64,000 nucleotides of DNA, from the NCBI GenBank assembly GCA_964016885.1, contig OZ024743.1:142352001-142416000 (forward strand), in the 5' to 3' direction. Origin of the DNA: Eledone cirrhosa (taxonomy: Eukaryota). Within the stretch, counting starts at the first letter, position 1, and every line of letters starts with the position of its first letter. Of this stretch, positions 1-15,070 are shown piece by piece. Under the pieces are notes generated by a model. It searched no databases, was not told where the DNA came from, and saw only the letters and a program-made list of their open reading frames with translations. Position numbers and translations under genes: made by a program.

Positions 1-3000
1 ACCAAGCACCAAGCACCAAACACCTAACACCAAGCACCAAGCACCAAGCACCGAACACCAAGCACATAACACCAAGCACCAAACACCAAGCACCAAGCAC
101 CAAACACCAAGCACCAAACACCAAGCACCAAGCACCAAACACCAAGCACCAGGCACCAAGCACCAAACACCAAGCACCATGCACCAAGCACCAAGCCCCA
201 AACACTTAACACCAAGCACCAAGCACCAAGCACCAAACACCAATCACCAAAAACCAAACACCAAGCACCAAGTACCAAACACCAAGCACCAAGCACCAAA
301 CACCAAGCACCAAGCACCAATCACCAAACACCAAGAACCAAGCACCATACACCAAGCACCAAGCACCAAGCACCAGGCACCAAGCACCAAGCACCAAACA
401 CAAAACACCAAGCACCAAGCACCAAGCAGCAAACACCAAGCATCAAACACCAAACACCAAACACCAAGCACCAAACACCAAGCACCAAGCACCAAACACC
501 AAACACCAAGCACCAAGCACCAAGCACCAAACAACAAACACCAAGCACCAAACACCAGATATCAAGCACCAAGCACCAAACACCAAACACCAAGCACCAA
601 GCACCAAACACCAAACAACAAGCACCAGGCACCAAGCACCAAACACCAAACACCAAGCACCAAGCACCAAACACCAAACACCAAGCACGCAGCATCAAAC
701 ACCAAGCACCAAGCACCAAGCACCAAGCACCAAACACCAAGCTCCAAGCACCAAACACCAAGCACAAACACAAAGCACCAAGCACCAAACACCAAGCACC
801 AAGCACCAAACACCTAGCAGCAAGCACCAAACACCAAACCACAAGCACCAAACACCAAACCCCAAGCACCAAGCACCAAACACTAATCACCAAGCACCAA
901 GCACCAAACAACAAGCACCAAGCACCAAGCACCAGGCACCAAGCACCAAGCACCAAACACTAATCACCAAGCACCAAGCACCAAGCACCAAACACCAAGC
1001 ACCAAGCACCAAGCACAAAATACCAAGCACCAAGCACCAAACACCAAACACCAAGCACCAAAGACCAAGCACGAAGCACCAAGCACCAAGCACCAAACAA
1101 TAAGCACCAAGCACCAAGCACCAAACACCAAGCACCAAGCACCAAACACCAACCACCCAGCACCAAGCACCAAGCACCAAACACCAGGCACCAAACACTA
1201 AACACCAAACACCAAGCACCAAGCACCAAGCACCAAACACCAAGCACCAAGCACTAAGCACCAAACACCAAGCCCCAAGCACCAAGCACCAAACACCAAA
1301 CACCAAGCACCAAGCAACAAACACCAAGCAGCAAGCAGCAAGCACCAAACAACAAACACCAAGCACCAAGCACCAAACACCAAGCACCAAGCACCAAACA
1401 CCAAACACCAAGCACCAAAGACCAAGCACGAAGCACCAAGCACCAAGCACCAAACAATAAGCACCAAGCACCAAGCACCAAACACCAAGCACCAAACACC
1501 AAGCCCCAAGCACCAAGCACCAAACACCAAACACCAAGCACCAAGCACCAAACACCAAGCACCAAGCACCATGCACCTAGCACCAAACACCAAACACCAA
1601 GCACCAAGCACCAAACACCAAGCACCAATCACCAAGCACCAAACACCAAGCAGCAAGCAGCAAGCACCAAACACCAAACACCAAGCACCAAGCACCAAAC
1701 ACCAAGCACCAAGGACCAAACATCAAACACCAAGCACCAAGCACCAAACACCTAACACCAAGCACCAAGCACCAAGCACCAAGCACCGAACACCAAGCAC
1801 ATAACACCAAGCACCAAACACCAAGCACCAAGCACCAAACACCAAGCACCAAACACCAAGCACCAAGCACCAAACACCAACCACCCAGCACCAAGCACCA
1901 AGCACCAAACACCAGGCACCAAACACTAAACACCAAACACCAAGCACCAAGCACCAAGCACCAAACACCAAGCACCAAGCACTAAGCACCAAACACCAAG
2001 CCCCAAGCACCAAGCACCAAACACCAAACACCAAGCACCAAGCACCAAACACCAAGCACCAAGCACCATGCACCTAGCACCAAACACCAAACACCAAGCA
2101 CCAAGCACCAAACACCAAGCACCAATAACCAAGCACCAAACACCAAGCAGCAAGCAGCAAGCACCAAACACGAAACACCAAGCACCAAGCACCAAACACC
2201 AAGCACCAAGGACCAAACATCAAACACCAAGCACCAAGCACCAAACACCTAACACCAAGCACCAAGCACCAAGCACCAAGCACCGAACACCAAGCACCAA
2301 ACACCAAGCACCAAGCACCAAGCACCAAACACCAAGCACCAGGCACCAAGCACCAAACACCAAGCACCATGAACCAAGCACCAAACACCAAGCACCATGC
2401 ACCAAGCACCAAGCCCCAAACACTTAACACCAAGCACCAAGCACCAAGCACCAAACACCAATCACCCAAAACCAAACACCAAACACCAAACAGCAAGCAC
2501 CAAGCACCAAACACCAAGCACCAAACACCAAACCCCAAGCACCAATTACCAAACACTAATCACCAAGCACCAAGCACCAAACACCGAGCACCACACACCA
2601 AACCCCAAACACCATAGACCAAGCACCAAGCACCAAAGAACAAACACCAAGCACCAAACACCAAACACCAAACACCAAACACCAAGCACCAAGCACTAAA
2701 CAGCAAGCACCAAACACCAAACACCAAACAGCAAACACCAAACAGCAAACACCAAACACCAAACAGCAAACAGCAAACGCCAAACACCAAGCACCAAGCA
2801 CCAAGCACCAAACACCAAGCACCAAGCACCAAGCACAAAACACCAAACACCAAGCACCAAGGACCAAACATCAAACACCAAGCACAAAGCACCAAACACC
2901 AAACACCAAGCACCAAACACCAAGCACCAAACACCAAGCACCAAACACCAAGCACCAAACACCAAACACCAAGCACCAAGCACCAAGCACCAAACACCAA

Positions 3001-6000
3001 GTACCAAACACCAAGCACCAAACACCAAGTCCCACGCACCAAGCAGCAAACACCAAGCACCAAGCACCAAGCCCCTAGCACCAAACACCAAACCCCAAGC
3101 ACCAAGCACGCATCACCAAACACCAAGCACCAAGCACCAAGCACCAAAAACCAAGCACCAAGCACCAAGCACCAAAAACCAAACACCAAACACCGAGCAC
3201 CAAGAACCAAACACCAAACACCAAACAGCAAACACCAAGCACCAAGCACGAAACACCAGGCACCAAGCACCAAGTACCAAACACCAAACACCAAGCACCA
3301 AACACCAGCCACCAAGCACCAAGCACCAAACACCAAACACCAAGCACTAAGCACCAAACACCAAACAGCAAGCACCAGGCACCAAGCACCAAACACCAAA
3401 CACCAAGCACGCAGCACCAAACACCAAGCACCAAGCACCAAGCACCAAACACCAAACACCAAGCACCAAGCACCAAGAATCAAACACCAAACACCAAACA
3501 GCAAGCACCAAGCACCAAACACCAAGCACCAAACACGAAACACCAAGCACTAAGCACCAAACACCAAACAACAAGCACCAGGCACCAAGCACCAAACACC
3601 AAACACCAAGCACGCAGCACCAAACACCAAGCACCAAGCACCAAGCACCAAACACCAAGCACCAAGCACCAAGCACCAAACACCAAACACCAAACACCAA
3701 GCACCAAGAACCAAACACCAAACACCAAACAGCAGGCACCAAGCACCAAACACCAAGCACCAATCACCAAACACTAATCACCAAGCACCACACCCCAAAC
3801 ACCAAGCACCAAGCAGCAAGCACCAAACACCAAGCACCAAGCACCAAACACCAAGCACCAAACACCAAGCACCAAGCACCAAACACCAAACCCCAAGCAC
3901 CAAAGACCAAGCACCAAGCACCAAGCACCAAACACCAAGCACCAAGCACCAAACACCCAGCACCAAGCTCCAAGCACCAAACACCAAGCACCAAGCACCA
4001 AACACCAAACACCAAACACCAAGCATCAAGCACCAAACAGCAAGCACCAAACACCAAGCACCAAACACCAAGCACCAAACACAAAGTCCCATGCACCAAG
4101 CACCAAACACCAAACACCAAGCACCAAGCACCAAACACCAAGCACCAAGCACCAAGCCCCTAGCACCAAACACCAAACACCAAGCAAAAAGCACAAAACA
4201 CCAAGCACCAATCACCAAGCACCAAACACCAAGCAGCAAGCAGCAAGCACCAAACACGAACGACCAAGCAACAAGCACCAAATACCAAACACCAAGCACC
4301 AAGGACCAAACATCAAACACCAAGCACCAAGCACCAAACGCCTAACACCAAGCACCAAGCACCAAGCACCAAGCACCAAACACCAAGCACCAATCACCAA
4401 ACACCAAGCACCAAGCACCAAATACCAAGCACCAGGCACCAAGCAGCAAACACCAAGCACCAAGCACCAAACACCAAGCACCAAACACAAAGCACCAAGC
4501 ACCAAACACCAAACCCCAAGCACCAAACACCAAACCTCAAGCACCAAGCACAAAACACTAATCACCAAGCACCAAGCACCAAACAACAAGCACCAAGCAC
4601 CAAGCACCAGGCACCAAGCACCAAGCACCAAACACTAATCACCAAGCACCAACCACCAAGCACCAAACACCAAGCACCAAGCACCAAGCACAAAACACCA
4701 AGCACCAAGCACCAAACACCAAACACCAAGCACCAAAGACCAAGCACGAAGCACCAAGCACCAAGCACCAAACAATAAGCACCAAGCACCAAGCACCAAA
4801 CACCAAGCACCAAGCACCATGCACCAAGCACCAAGCACTAAGCACCAAACACCAAGCCCCAAGCACCAAGCACCAAACACCAAACACCAAGCACCAAGCA
4901 CCAAACACCAAGCACCAAGCACCAAACACCAAGCACCAATCACCAAGCACCAAACACCAAGCAGCAAGCACCAAACACCAAGCACCAAACACCAAGCACC
5001 AAGCACCAAGCACCAAACACCAAGCACCAGGCACCAAGCACCAAACACCAACACCATGCACCAAGCACCAAGCCCCAAACACTTAACAACAAGCACCAAG
5101 CACCAAGCACCAAACACCAATCACCAAAAACCAAACACCAAGCACCAAGTACCAAACACCAAGCACCAAGCACCAAACACCAAGCACCAAGCACCAATCA
5201 CCAAACACCAAGAACCAAGCACCAAACACCAAGCACCAAGGACCAAACATCAAACACCAAGCACCAAGCACCAAACACCTAACACCAAGCACCAAGCACC
5301 AAGCACCGAACACCAAGCACATAACACCAAGCACCAAACACCAAGCACCAAGCACCAAACACCAAGCACCAAACACCAAGCACCAAACACCAAGCACCAG
5401 GCACCAAGCACCAAACACCAAGCACCATGCACCAAGCACCAAGCCCCAAACACTTAACACCAAGCACCAAGCACCAAGCACCAAACACCAATCACCAAAA
5501 ACCAAACACCAAGCACCAAGTACCAAACACCAAGCACCAAGCACCAAACACCAAGCACCAAGCACCAATCACCAAACACCAAGAACCAAGCACCATACAC
5601 CAAGCACCAAGCACCAAGCACCAGGCACCAAGCACCAAGCACCAAACACAAAACACCAAGCACCAAGCACCAAGCAGCAAACACCAAGCATCAAACACCA
5701 AACACCAAACACCAAGCACCAAACACCAAGCACCAAGCACCAAACACCAAACACCAAGCACCAAGCACCAAGCACCAAACAACAAACACCAAGCACCAAA
5801 CACCAGATATCAAGCACCAAGCACCAAACACCAAACACCAAGCACCAAGCACCAAACACCAAACAACAAGCACCAGGCACCAAACAACAAGCACCAGGCA
5901 CCAAGCACCAAACACCAAACACCAAGCACCAAGCACCAAACACCAAACACCAAGCACGCAGCATCAAACACCAAGCACCAAGCACCAAGCACCAAACACC

Positions 6001-7720
6001 AAGCACCAAGCACCAAACACCAAGCACCAAACACCAAGCACCAAGCACCAAACACCACAACCCAAGCACCAAAGACCAAGCACCATGCACCAAGGACCAA
6101 GCACCAAACACCAAGCACCAAGCACCAAACACCAAGCACCAAGCACCAAACACCAAACCACAAGCACCAAACACCAAACCCCAAGCACCAAGCACCAAAC
6201 ACTAATCACCAAGCACCAAGCACCAAACAACAAGCACCAAGCACCAAGCACCAGGCACCAAGCACCAAGCACCAAACACTAATCACCAAGCACCAAGCAC
6301 CAAGCACCAAACACCAAGCACCAAGCACCAAGCACAAAATACCAAGCACCAAGCACCAAACACCAAACACCAAGCACCAAAGACCAAGCACGAAGCACCA
6401 AGCACCAAGCACCAAACAATAAGCACCAAGCACCAAGCACCAAACACCAAGCACCAAGCACCAAACACCAACCACCCAGCACCAAGCACCAAGCACCAAA
6501 CACCAGGCACCAAACACTAAACACCAAACACCAAGCACCAAGCACCAAGCACCAAACACCAAGCACCAAGCACCAAACACCAACCACCCAGCACCAAGCA
6601 CCAAGCACCAAACACCAAACACCAAGCACCAAGCACCAAACACCAAGCAGCAAGCAGCAAGCACCAAACACCAAACACCAAGCACCAAGCACCAAACACC
6701 AAGCACCAAGCACCAAACACCAAACACCAAGCACCAAAGACCAAGCACGAAGCACCAAGCACCAAGCACCAAACAATAATCACCAAGCACCAAGCACCAA
6801 ACACCAAGCACCAAACACCAAGCCCCAAGCACCAAGCACCAAACACCAAACACCAAGCACCAAGCACCAAACACCAAGCACCAAGCACCATGCACCTAGC
6901 ACCAAACACCAAACACCAAGCACCAAGCACCAAACACCAAGCACCAATCACCAAGCACCAAACACCAAGCAGCAAGCAGCAAGCACCAAACACCAAACAC
7001 CAAGCACCAAGCACCAAACACCAAGCACCAAGGACCAAACATCAAACACCAAGCACCAAGCACCAAACACCTAACACCAAGCACCAAGCACCAAGCACCA
7101 AGCACCGAACACCAAGCACATAACACCAAGCACCAAACACCAAGCACCAAGCACCAAACACCAAGCACCAAACACCAAGCACCAAGCACCAAACACCAAC
7201 CACCCAGCACCAAGCACCAAGCACCAAACACCAGGCACCAAACACTAAACACCAAACACCAAGCACCAAGCACCAAGCACCAAACACCAAGCACCAAGCA
7301 CTAAGCACCAAACACCAAGCCCCAAGCACCAAGCACCAAACACCAAACACCAAGCACCAAGCACCAAACACCAAGCACCAAGCACCATGCACCTAGCACC
7401 AAACACCAAACACCAAGCACCAAGCACCAAACACCAAGCACCAATAACCAAGCACCAAACACCAAGCAGCAAGCAGCAAGCACCAAACACGAAACACCAA
7501 GCACCAAGCACCAAACACCAAGCACCAAGGACCAAACATCAAACACCAAGCACCAAGCACCAAACACCTAACACCAAGCACCAAGCACCAAGCACCAAGC
7601 ACCGAACACCAAGCACCAAACACCAAGCACCAAGCACCAAGCACCAAACACCAAGCACCAGGCACCAAGCACCAAACACCAAGCACCATGCACCAAGCAC
7701 CAAACACCAAGCACCATGCA
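1..7720. repeat. Direct repeat of a ~2.4-kb block (1-~2400 vs ~5256-7720), offset 5248-5319 bp
   Basis: GATATC at 558 and 5806 (offset 5248). Matching ORF-track pairs 206..439/5454..5687 (5248), 1571..1804/6890..7123 and 1982..2248/7301..7567 (5319). Confidence 0.9.
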
Positions 7721-10430
7721 CCAAGCACCATACACCAAGCACCAAGCACCAAGGACCAGGCACCAAGCACCAAGCAGCAAACACCAAGCATCAAACACCA
7801 AACACCAAACACCAAGCACCAAACACCAAGCACCAAGCACCAAACACCAAACACCAAGCACCAAGCACCAAGCACCAAACAACAAACACCAAGCACCAAA
7901 CACCAGATATCAAGCACCAAGCACCAAACACCAAACACCAAGCACCAAGCACCAAACACCAAACAACAAGCACCAGGCACCAAGCACCAAACACCAAACA
8001 CCAAGCACGCAGCATCAAACACCAAGCACCAAGCACCAAGCACCAAACACCAAGCACCAAGCACCAAATACCAAGCACCAAACACAAAGCACCAAGCACC
8101 AAACACCAAGCACCAAGCACCAAACACCAAGCACCAAGCACCAAACACCAAACCACAAGCACCAAACACCAAACCCCAAGCACCAAGCACCAAACACTAA
8201 TCACCAAGCACCAAGCACCAAACAACAAGCACCAAGCACCAAGCACCAGGCACCAAGCACCAAGCACCAAACACTAATCACCAAGCACCAAGCACCAAGC
8301 ACCAAACACCAAGCACCAAGCACCAAGCACAAAATACCAAGCACCAAGCACCAAACACCAAACACCAAGCACCAAAGACCAAGCACGAAGCACCAAGCAC
8401 CAAGCACCAAACAATAAGCACCAAGCACCAAGCACCAAACACCAAGCACCAAGCACCAAACACCAACCACCCAGCACCAAGCACCAAGCACCAAACACCA
8501 GGCACCAAACACTAAACACCAAACACCAAGCACCAAGCACCAAGCACCAAACACCAAGCACCAAGCACTAAGCACCAAACACCAAGCCCCAAGCACCAAG
8601 CACCAAACACCAAACACCAAGCACCAAGCACCAAACACCAAGCAGCAAGCAGCAAGCACCAAACGCCAAACACCAAGCACCAAGCACCAAACACCAAGCA
8701 CCAAGCACCAAACACCAAACACCAAGCACCAAAGACCAAGCACGAAGCACCAAGCACCAAGCACCAAACAATAATCACCAAGCACCAAGCACCAAACACC
8801 AAGCACCAAACACCAAGCCCCAAGCACCAAGCACCAGACTCCAAACACCAAGCACCAAGCACCAAACACCAAGCACCAAGCACCATGCACCTAGCACCAA
8901 ACACCAAACACCAAGCACCAAGCACCAAACACCAAGCACCAATAACCAAGCACCAAACACCAAGCAGCAAGCAGCAAGCACCAAACACGAAACACCAAGC
9001 ACCAAGCACCAAACACCAAGCACCAAGGACCAAACATCAAACACCAAGCACCAAGCACCAAACACCTAACACCAAGCACCAAGCACCAAGCACCAAGCAC
9101 CGAACACCAAGCACCAAACACCAAGCACCAAGCACCAAGCACCAAACACCAAGCACCAGGCACCAAGCACCAAACACCAAGCACCATGCACCAAGCACCA
9201 AACACCAAGCACCATGCACCAAGCACCATACACCAAGCACCAAGCACCAAGGACCAGGCACCAAGCACCAAGCAGCAAACACCAAGCATCAAACACCAAA
9301 CACCAAACACCAAGCACCAAACACCAAGCACCAAGCACCAAACACCAAACACCAAGCACCAAGCACCAAGCACCAAACAACAAACACCAAGCACCAAACA
9401 CCAGATATCAAGCACCAAGCACCAAACACCAAACACCAAGCACCAAGCACCAAACACCAAACAACAAGCACCAGGCACCAAGCACCAAACACCAAACACC
9501 AAGCACGCAGCATCAAACACCAAGCACCAAGCACCAAGCACCAAACACCAAGCACCAAGCACCAAATACCAAGCACCAAACACAAAGCACCAAGCACCAA
9601 ACACCAAGCACCAAGCACCAAACACCAAGCACCAAGCACCAAACACCAAACCACAAGCACCAAACACCAAACCCCAAGCACCAAGCACCAAACACTAATC
9701 ACCAAGCACCAAGCACCAAACAACAAGCACCAAGCACCAAGCACCAGGCACCAAGCACCAAGCACCAAACACTAATCACCAAGCACCAAGCACCAAGCAC
9801 CAAACACCAAGCACCAAGCACCAAGCACAAAATACCAAGCACCAAGCACCAAACACCAAACACCAAGCACCAAAGACCAAGCACGAAGCACCAAGCACCA
9901 AGCACCAAACAATAAGCACCAAGCACCAAGCACCAAACACCAAGCACCAAGCACCAAACACCAACCACCCAGCACCAAGCACCAAGCACCAAACACCAGG
10001 CACCAAACACTAAACACCAAACACCAAGCACCAAGCACCAAGCACCAAACACCAAGCACCAAGCACTAAGCACCAAACACCAAGCCCCAAGCACCAAGCA
10101 CCAAACACCAAACACCAAGCACCAAGCACCAAACACCAAGCAGCAAGCAGCAAGCACCAAACGCCAAACACCAAGCACCAAGCACCAAACACCAAGCACC
10201 AAGCACCAAACACCAAACACCAAGCACCAAAGACCAAGCACGAAGCACCAAGCACCAAGCACCAAACAATAATCACCAAGCACCAAGCACCAAACACCAA
10301 GCACCAAACACCAAGCCCCAAGCACCAAGCACCAGACTCCAAACACCAAGCACCAAGCACCAAACACCAAGCACCAACCACCATGCACCTAGCACCAAAC
10401 ACCAAACACCAAGCACCAAGCACCAAACAC
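7350..10430. repeat. Near-perfect tandem duplication, unit 1498 bp (214 monomers), ~2 copies
   Basis: ORFs 7387..8277/8885..9775, 7393..8193/8891..9691 and 7716..8417/9214..9915 have matching translations at offset 1498. GATATC at 7906 and 9404. Private variant CACCAGA-CTCCAAA at 8832 and 10330. Confidence 0.95.
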
Positions 10431-12419
10431 CAAGCACCAATCACCAAGCACCAAACACCAAGCAGCAAGCAGCAAGCACCAAACACCAAACACCAAGCAC
10501 CAAGCACCAAACACCAAGCACCAAGGACCAAACATCAAACACCAAGCACCAAGCACCAAACACCTAACACCAAGCACCAAGCACCAAGCACCGAACACCA
10601 AGCACATAACACCAAGCACCAAACACCAAGCACCAAGCACCAAACACCAAGCACCAAACACCAAGCACCAAGCACCAAACACCAACCACCCAGCACCAAG
10701 CACCAAGCACCAAACACCAGGCACCAAACACTAAACACCAAACACCAAGCACCAAGCACCAAGCACCAAACACCAAGCACCAAGCACTAAGCACCAAACA
10801 CCAAGCCCCAAGCACCAAGCACCAAACACCAAACACCAAGCACCAAGCACCAAACACCAAGCACCAACCAACATGCACCTAGCACCAAACACCAAACACC
10901 AAGCACCAAGCACCAAACACCAAGCACCAATAACCAAGCACCAAACACCAAGCAGCAAGCAGCAAGCAGCAAGCACCAAACACGAAATACCAAGCACCAA
11001 GCACCAAACACCAAGCACCAAGGACCAAACATCAAACACCAAGCACCAAGCACCAAACACCTAACACCAAGCACCAAGCACCAAGCACCAAGCACCGAAC
11101 ACCAAGCACCAAACACCAAGCACCAAGCACCAAGCACCAAACACCAAGCACCAGGCACCAAGCACCAAACACCAAGCACCATGCACCAAGCACCAAACAC
11201 CAAGCACCATGCACCAAGCACCAAGCCCCAAACACTTAACACCAAGGACCAAGCACCAAGCACCAAACACCAATCACCAAAAACCAAACACCAAGCACCA
11301 AGTACCAAACACCAAGCACGAAGCACCAAACACCAAGCACCAAGCACCAATCACCAAACACCAAGAACCAAGCACCATACACCAAGCACCAAGCACCAAG
11401 GACCAGGCACCAAGCACCAAGCAGCAAACACCAAGCATCAAACCCCAAACACCAAACACCGAGCACCAAACACCAAGCACCAAGCACCAAACACCAAACA
11501 CCAAGCACCAAGCACCAAGCACCAAACACCAGATATCAAGCACCAAGCACCAAACACCAAACACCAAGCACCAAGCACCAAACACCAAACAACAAGCACC
11601 AGGCACCAAGCACCAAACACCAAACACCAAGCACCAAGCACCAAACACCAAACACCAAGCACGCAGCATCAAACACCAAGCACCAAGCACCAAGCACCAA
11701 ACACCAAGCACCAAGCACCAAATACCAAGCACCAAACACAAAGCACCAAGCACCAAACACCAAGCACCAAGCACCAAACACCAAGCACCAAGCACCAAAC
11801 ACCAAACCACAAGCACCAAACACCAAACCCCAAGCACCAAGCACCAAACACTAATCACCAAGCACCAAGCACCAAACAACAAGCACCAAGCACCAAGCAC
11901 CAGGCACCAAGCACCAAGCACCAAACACTAATCACCAAGCACCAAGCACCAAGCACCAAACACCATGCACCAAGCACCAAGCACCAAAAACCAAGCACCA
12001 AGCACCAAACACCAAACACCAAGATCCAAACACCAAGCACCAAGCACCAAGCACCAACCACCCAGCACCAAGCACCAAGCACCAAACACCAAGCACCAAA
12101 CACCAAGCACCAAGCACCAAGCACCAAGCACCAAGCACCAAACACCAAACACCAAGCACTAAGCACCAAACACCAAGCCCCAAGTACCAAGCACCAAACA
12201 CCAAACACCAAGCACCAAGCACCAATCACCAAACAACAAGAACCAAGCACCAAACACCAAGCCTTTAGGACCAAGCACCAGGCACCAAGCACCAAGCACC
12301 AAACACAAAACACCAAGCACCAAGCACCAAGCAGCAAACACCAAGCATCAAACACCAAACACCAAACACCAAGCACCAAACACCAAGCACCAAACACCAA
12401 ACACCAAACACCAAGCACC

Positions 12420-15070
12420 AAGCACCAAGCACCAAACACCAAACACCAAGCACCATACACCAAACACCAAGCACCAAGCACCAAACACCATACAACAAGC
12501 ACCAGGCAACAAGCACCAAACACCAAACACCAAGCATGCAGCATTAAACACCAAGCACCAAGCACCAAACACCAAGCACCAAGCACCAAGCACCAAGTAC
12601 CAAACACCAAACACCAAGCACCAAACACCAAACACCAAGCACCAAGCACCAAGCACGAAACACCAGGCACCAAGCACCAAGCACCAAACACCAAACACCA
12701 AGCACCAAACACCAGCCACCAAGCACCAAGCACCAAACACTAATCACCAAGCACCAAGCACCAAACACCAAGCACCAAGCACCAAACACCAAACCCCAAC
12801 CACCATAGACCAAGCACCAAGCACCAAGGAACAAACACCAAGCACCAAGCACCAAGCACCACACACCAAGCACCAAGCACCAAGCACTAAACCGCAAGCA
12901 CCAAACACCAAACACCAAACAACAAACACCAAACAGCAAACACCAAACACCAAACAGCAAACAGCAAACGCCAAACACCAAGCACCAAGCACCAAGCACC
13001 AAACACCAAGCACCAAGCACCAAGAACCAAACACCAAACACCAAACAGCAAGCACCGAGCACCAAACACCAAGCACCAAACACCAAACCCCAAGCACCAA
13101 TCACCAAACACTAATCACCAGGCACCAAGCACCAAACACCGATCACCAAACACCAAGCACCAAGCACCAAACACCAAACCCCAACCACCATAGACCAAGC
13201 ACCAAGCACCAAAGAACAAACACCAAGCACCAAGCACCAAGCACCAAACACCAAGCACCAAGCACCAAACACCCAGCACCAAGCACCAAGCATCAAACAA
13301 CAAGCACCAAGCACCAAACACCAAACACCAAACACCAAGTACCAAGCACTAAACAGCAAGCACCAAACACCAAACACCAAACAGCAAACACCAAACAGCA
13401 AACACCAAACACCAAACAGCAAACAGCAAACGCCAAACACCAAGCACCAAGCACCAAGCACCAAACACCAAGCACCAAGCACCAAGCACAAAACACCAAA
13501 CACCAAGCACCAAACACCAAGCATCAAACACCAAGCACCAAGCACCAAACAGCAAACACCAAGCACCAAACACCAAGCACCAAACACCAAGCACCAAACA
13601 CCAAGCACCAAACACGAAACACCAAGCACCAAGCACCAAGCACCAAACACCAAGTACCAAACACCAAGCACCAAACACCAAGTCCCACTCACCAAGCAGC
13701 AAACACCAAGCACCAAGCCCCAAGCACCAAGCACCAAGCACCAAGCACCAAGCACCAAACACCAAACACCAAGCACCATACACCAAACACCAAGCACCAA
13801 GCACCAAACACCATACAACAAGCACCAGGCAACAAGCACCAAACACCAAACACCAAGCATGCAGCATTAAACACCAAGCACCAAGCACCAAACACCAAGC
13901 ACCAAGCACCAAGCACCAAGTACCAAACACCAAACACCAAGCACCAAACACCAAACACCAAGCACCAAGCACCAAGCACGAAACACCAGGCACCAAGCAC
14001 CAAGCACCAAACACCAAACACCAAGCACCAAACACCAGCCACCAAGCACCAAGCACCAAACACTAATCACCAAGCACCAAGCACCAAACACCAAGCACCA
14101 AGCACCAAACACCAAACCCCAACCACCATAGACCAAGCACCAAGCACCAAGGAACAAACACCAAGCACCAAGCACCAAGCACCACACACCAAGCACCAAG
14201 CACCAAGCACTAAACAGCAAGCACCAAACACCAAACACCAAACAACAAACACCAAACAGCAAACACCAAACACCAAACAGCAAACAGCAAACGCCAAACA
14301 CCAAGCACCAAGCACCAAGCACCAAACACCAAGCACCAAGCACCAAGAACCAAACACCAAACACCAAACAGCAAGCACCAAGCACCAAACACCAAGCACC
14401 AAACACCAAACCCCAAGCACCAATCACCAAACACTAATCACCAAGCACCAAGCACCAAACACCGATCACCAAACACCAAGCACCAAGCACCAAACACCAA
14501 ACCCCAACCACCATAGACCAAGCACCAAGCACCAAAGAACAAACACCAAGCACCAAGCACCAAGCACCAAACACCAAGCACCAAGCACCAAACACCCAGC
14601 ACCAAGCACCAAGCATCAAACAACAAGCACCAAGCACCAAACACCAAACACCAAACACCAAGCACCAAGCACTAAACAGCAAGCACCAAACACCAAACAC
14701 CAAACAGCAAACACCAAACAGCAAACACCAAACACCAAACAGCAAACAGCAAACGCCAAACACCAAGCACCAAGCACCAAGCACCAAACACCAAGCACCA
14801 AGCACCAAGCACAAAACACCAAACACCAAGCACCAAACACCAAGCATCAAACACCAAGCACCAAGCACCAAACACCAAACACCAAGCACCAAACACCAAG
14901 CACCAAACACCAAGCACCAAACACCAAGCACCAAACACGAAACACCAAGCACCAAGCACCAAGCACCAAACACCAAGTACCAAACACCAAGCACCAAACA
15001 CCAAGTCCCACTCACCAAGCAGCAAACACCAAGCACCAAGCCCCAAGCACCAAGCACCAAGCACCAAGCA
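12420..15070. repeat. Tandem duplication, unit 1323 bp (189 monomers), 2 copies
   Basis: CATGCAG-CATTAAA at 12535 and 13858. TCCCACT at 13683 and 15006. ORF pairs 12544..13107/13867..14430 and 13293..13520/14616..14843. Confidence 0.93.
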
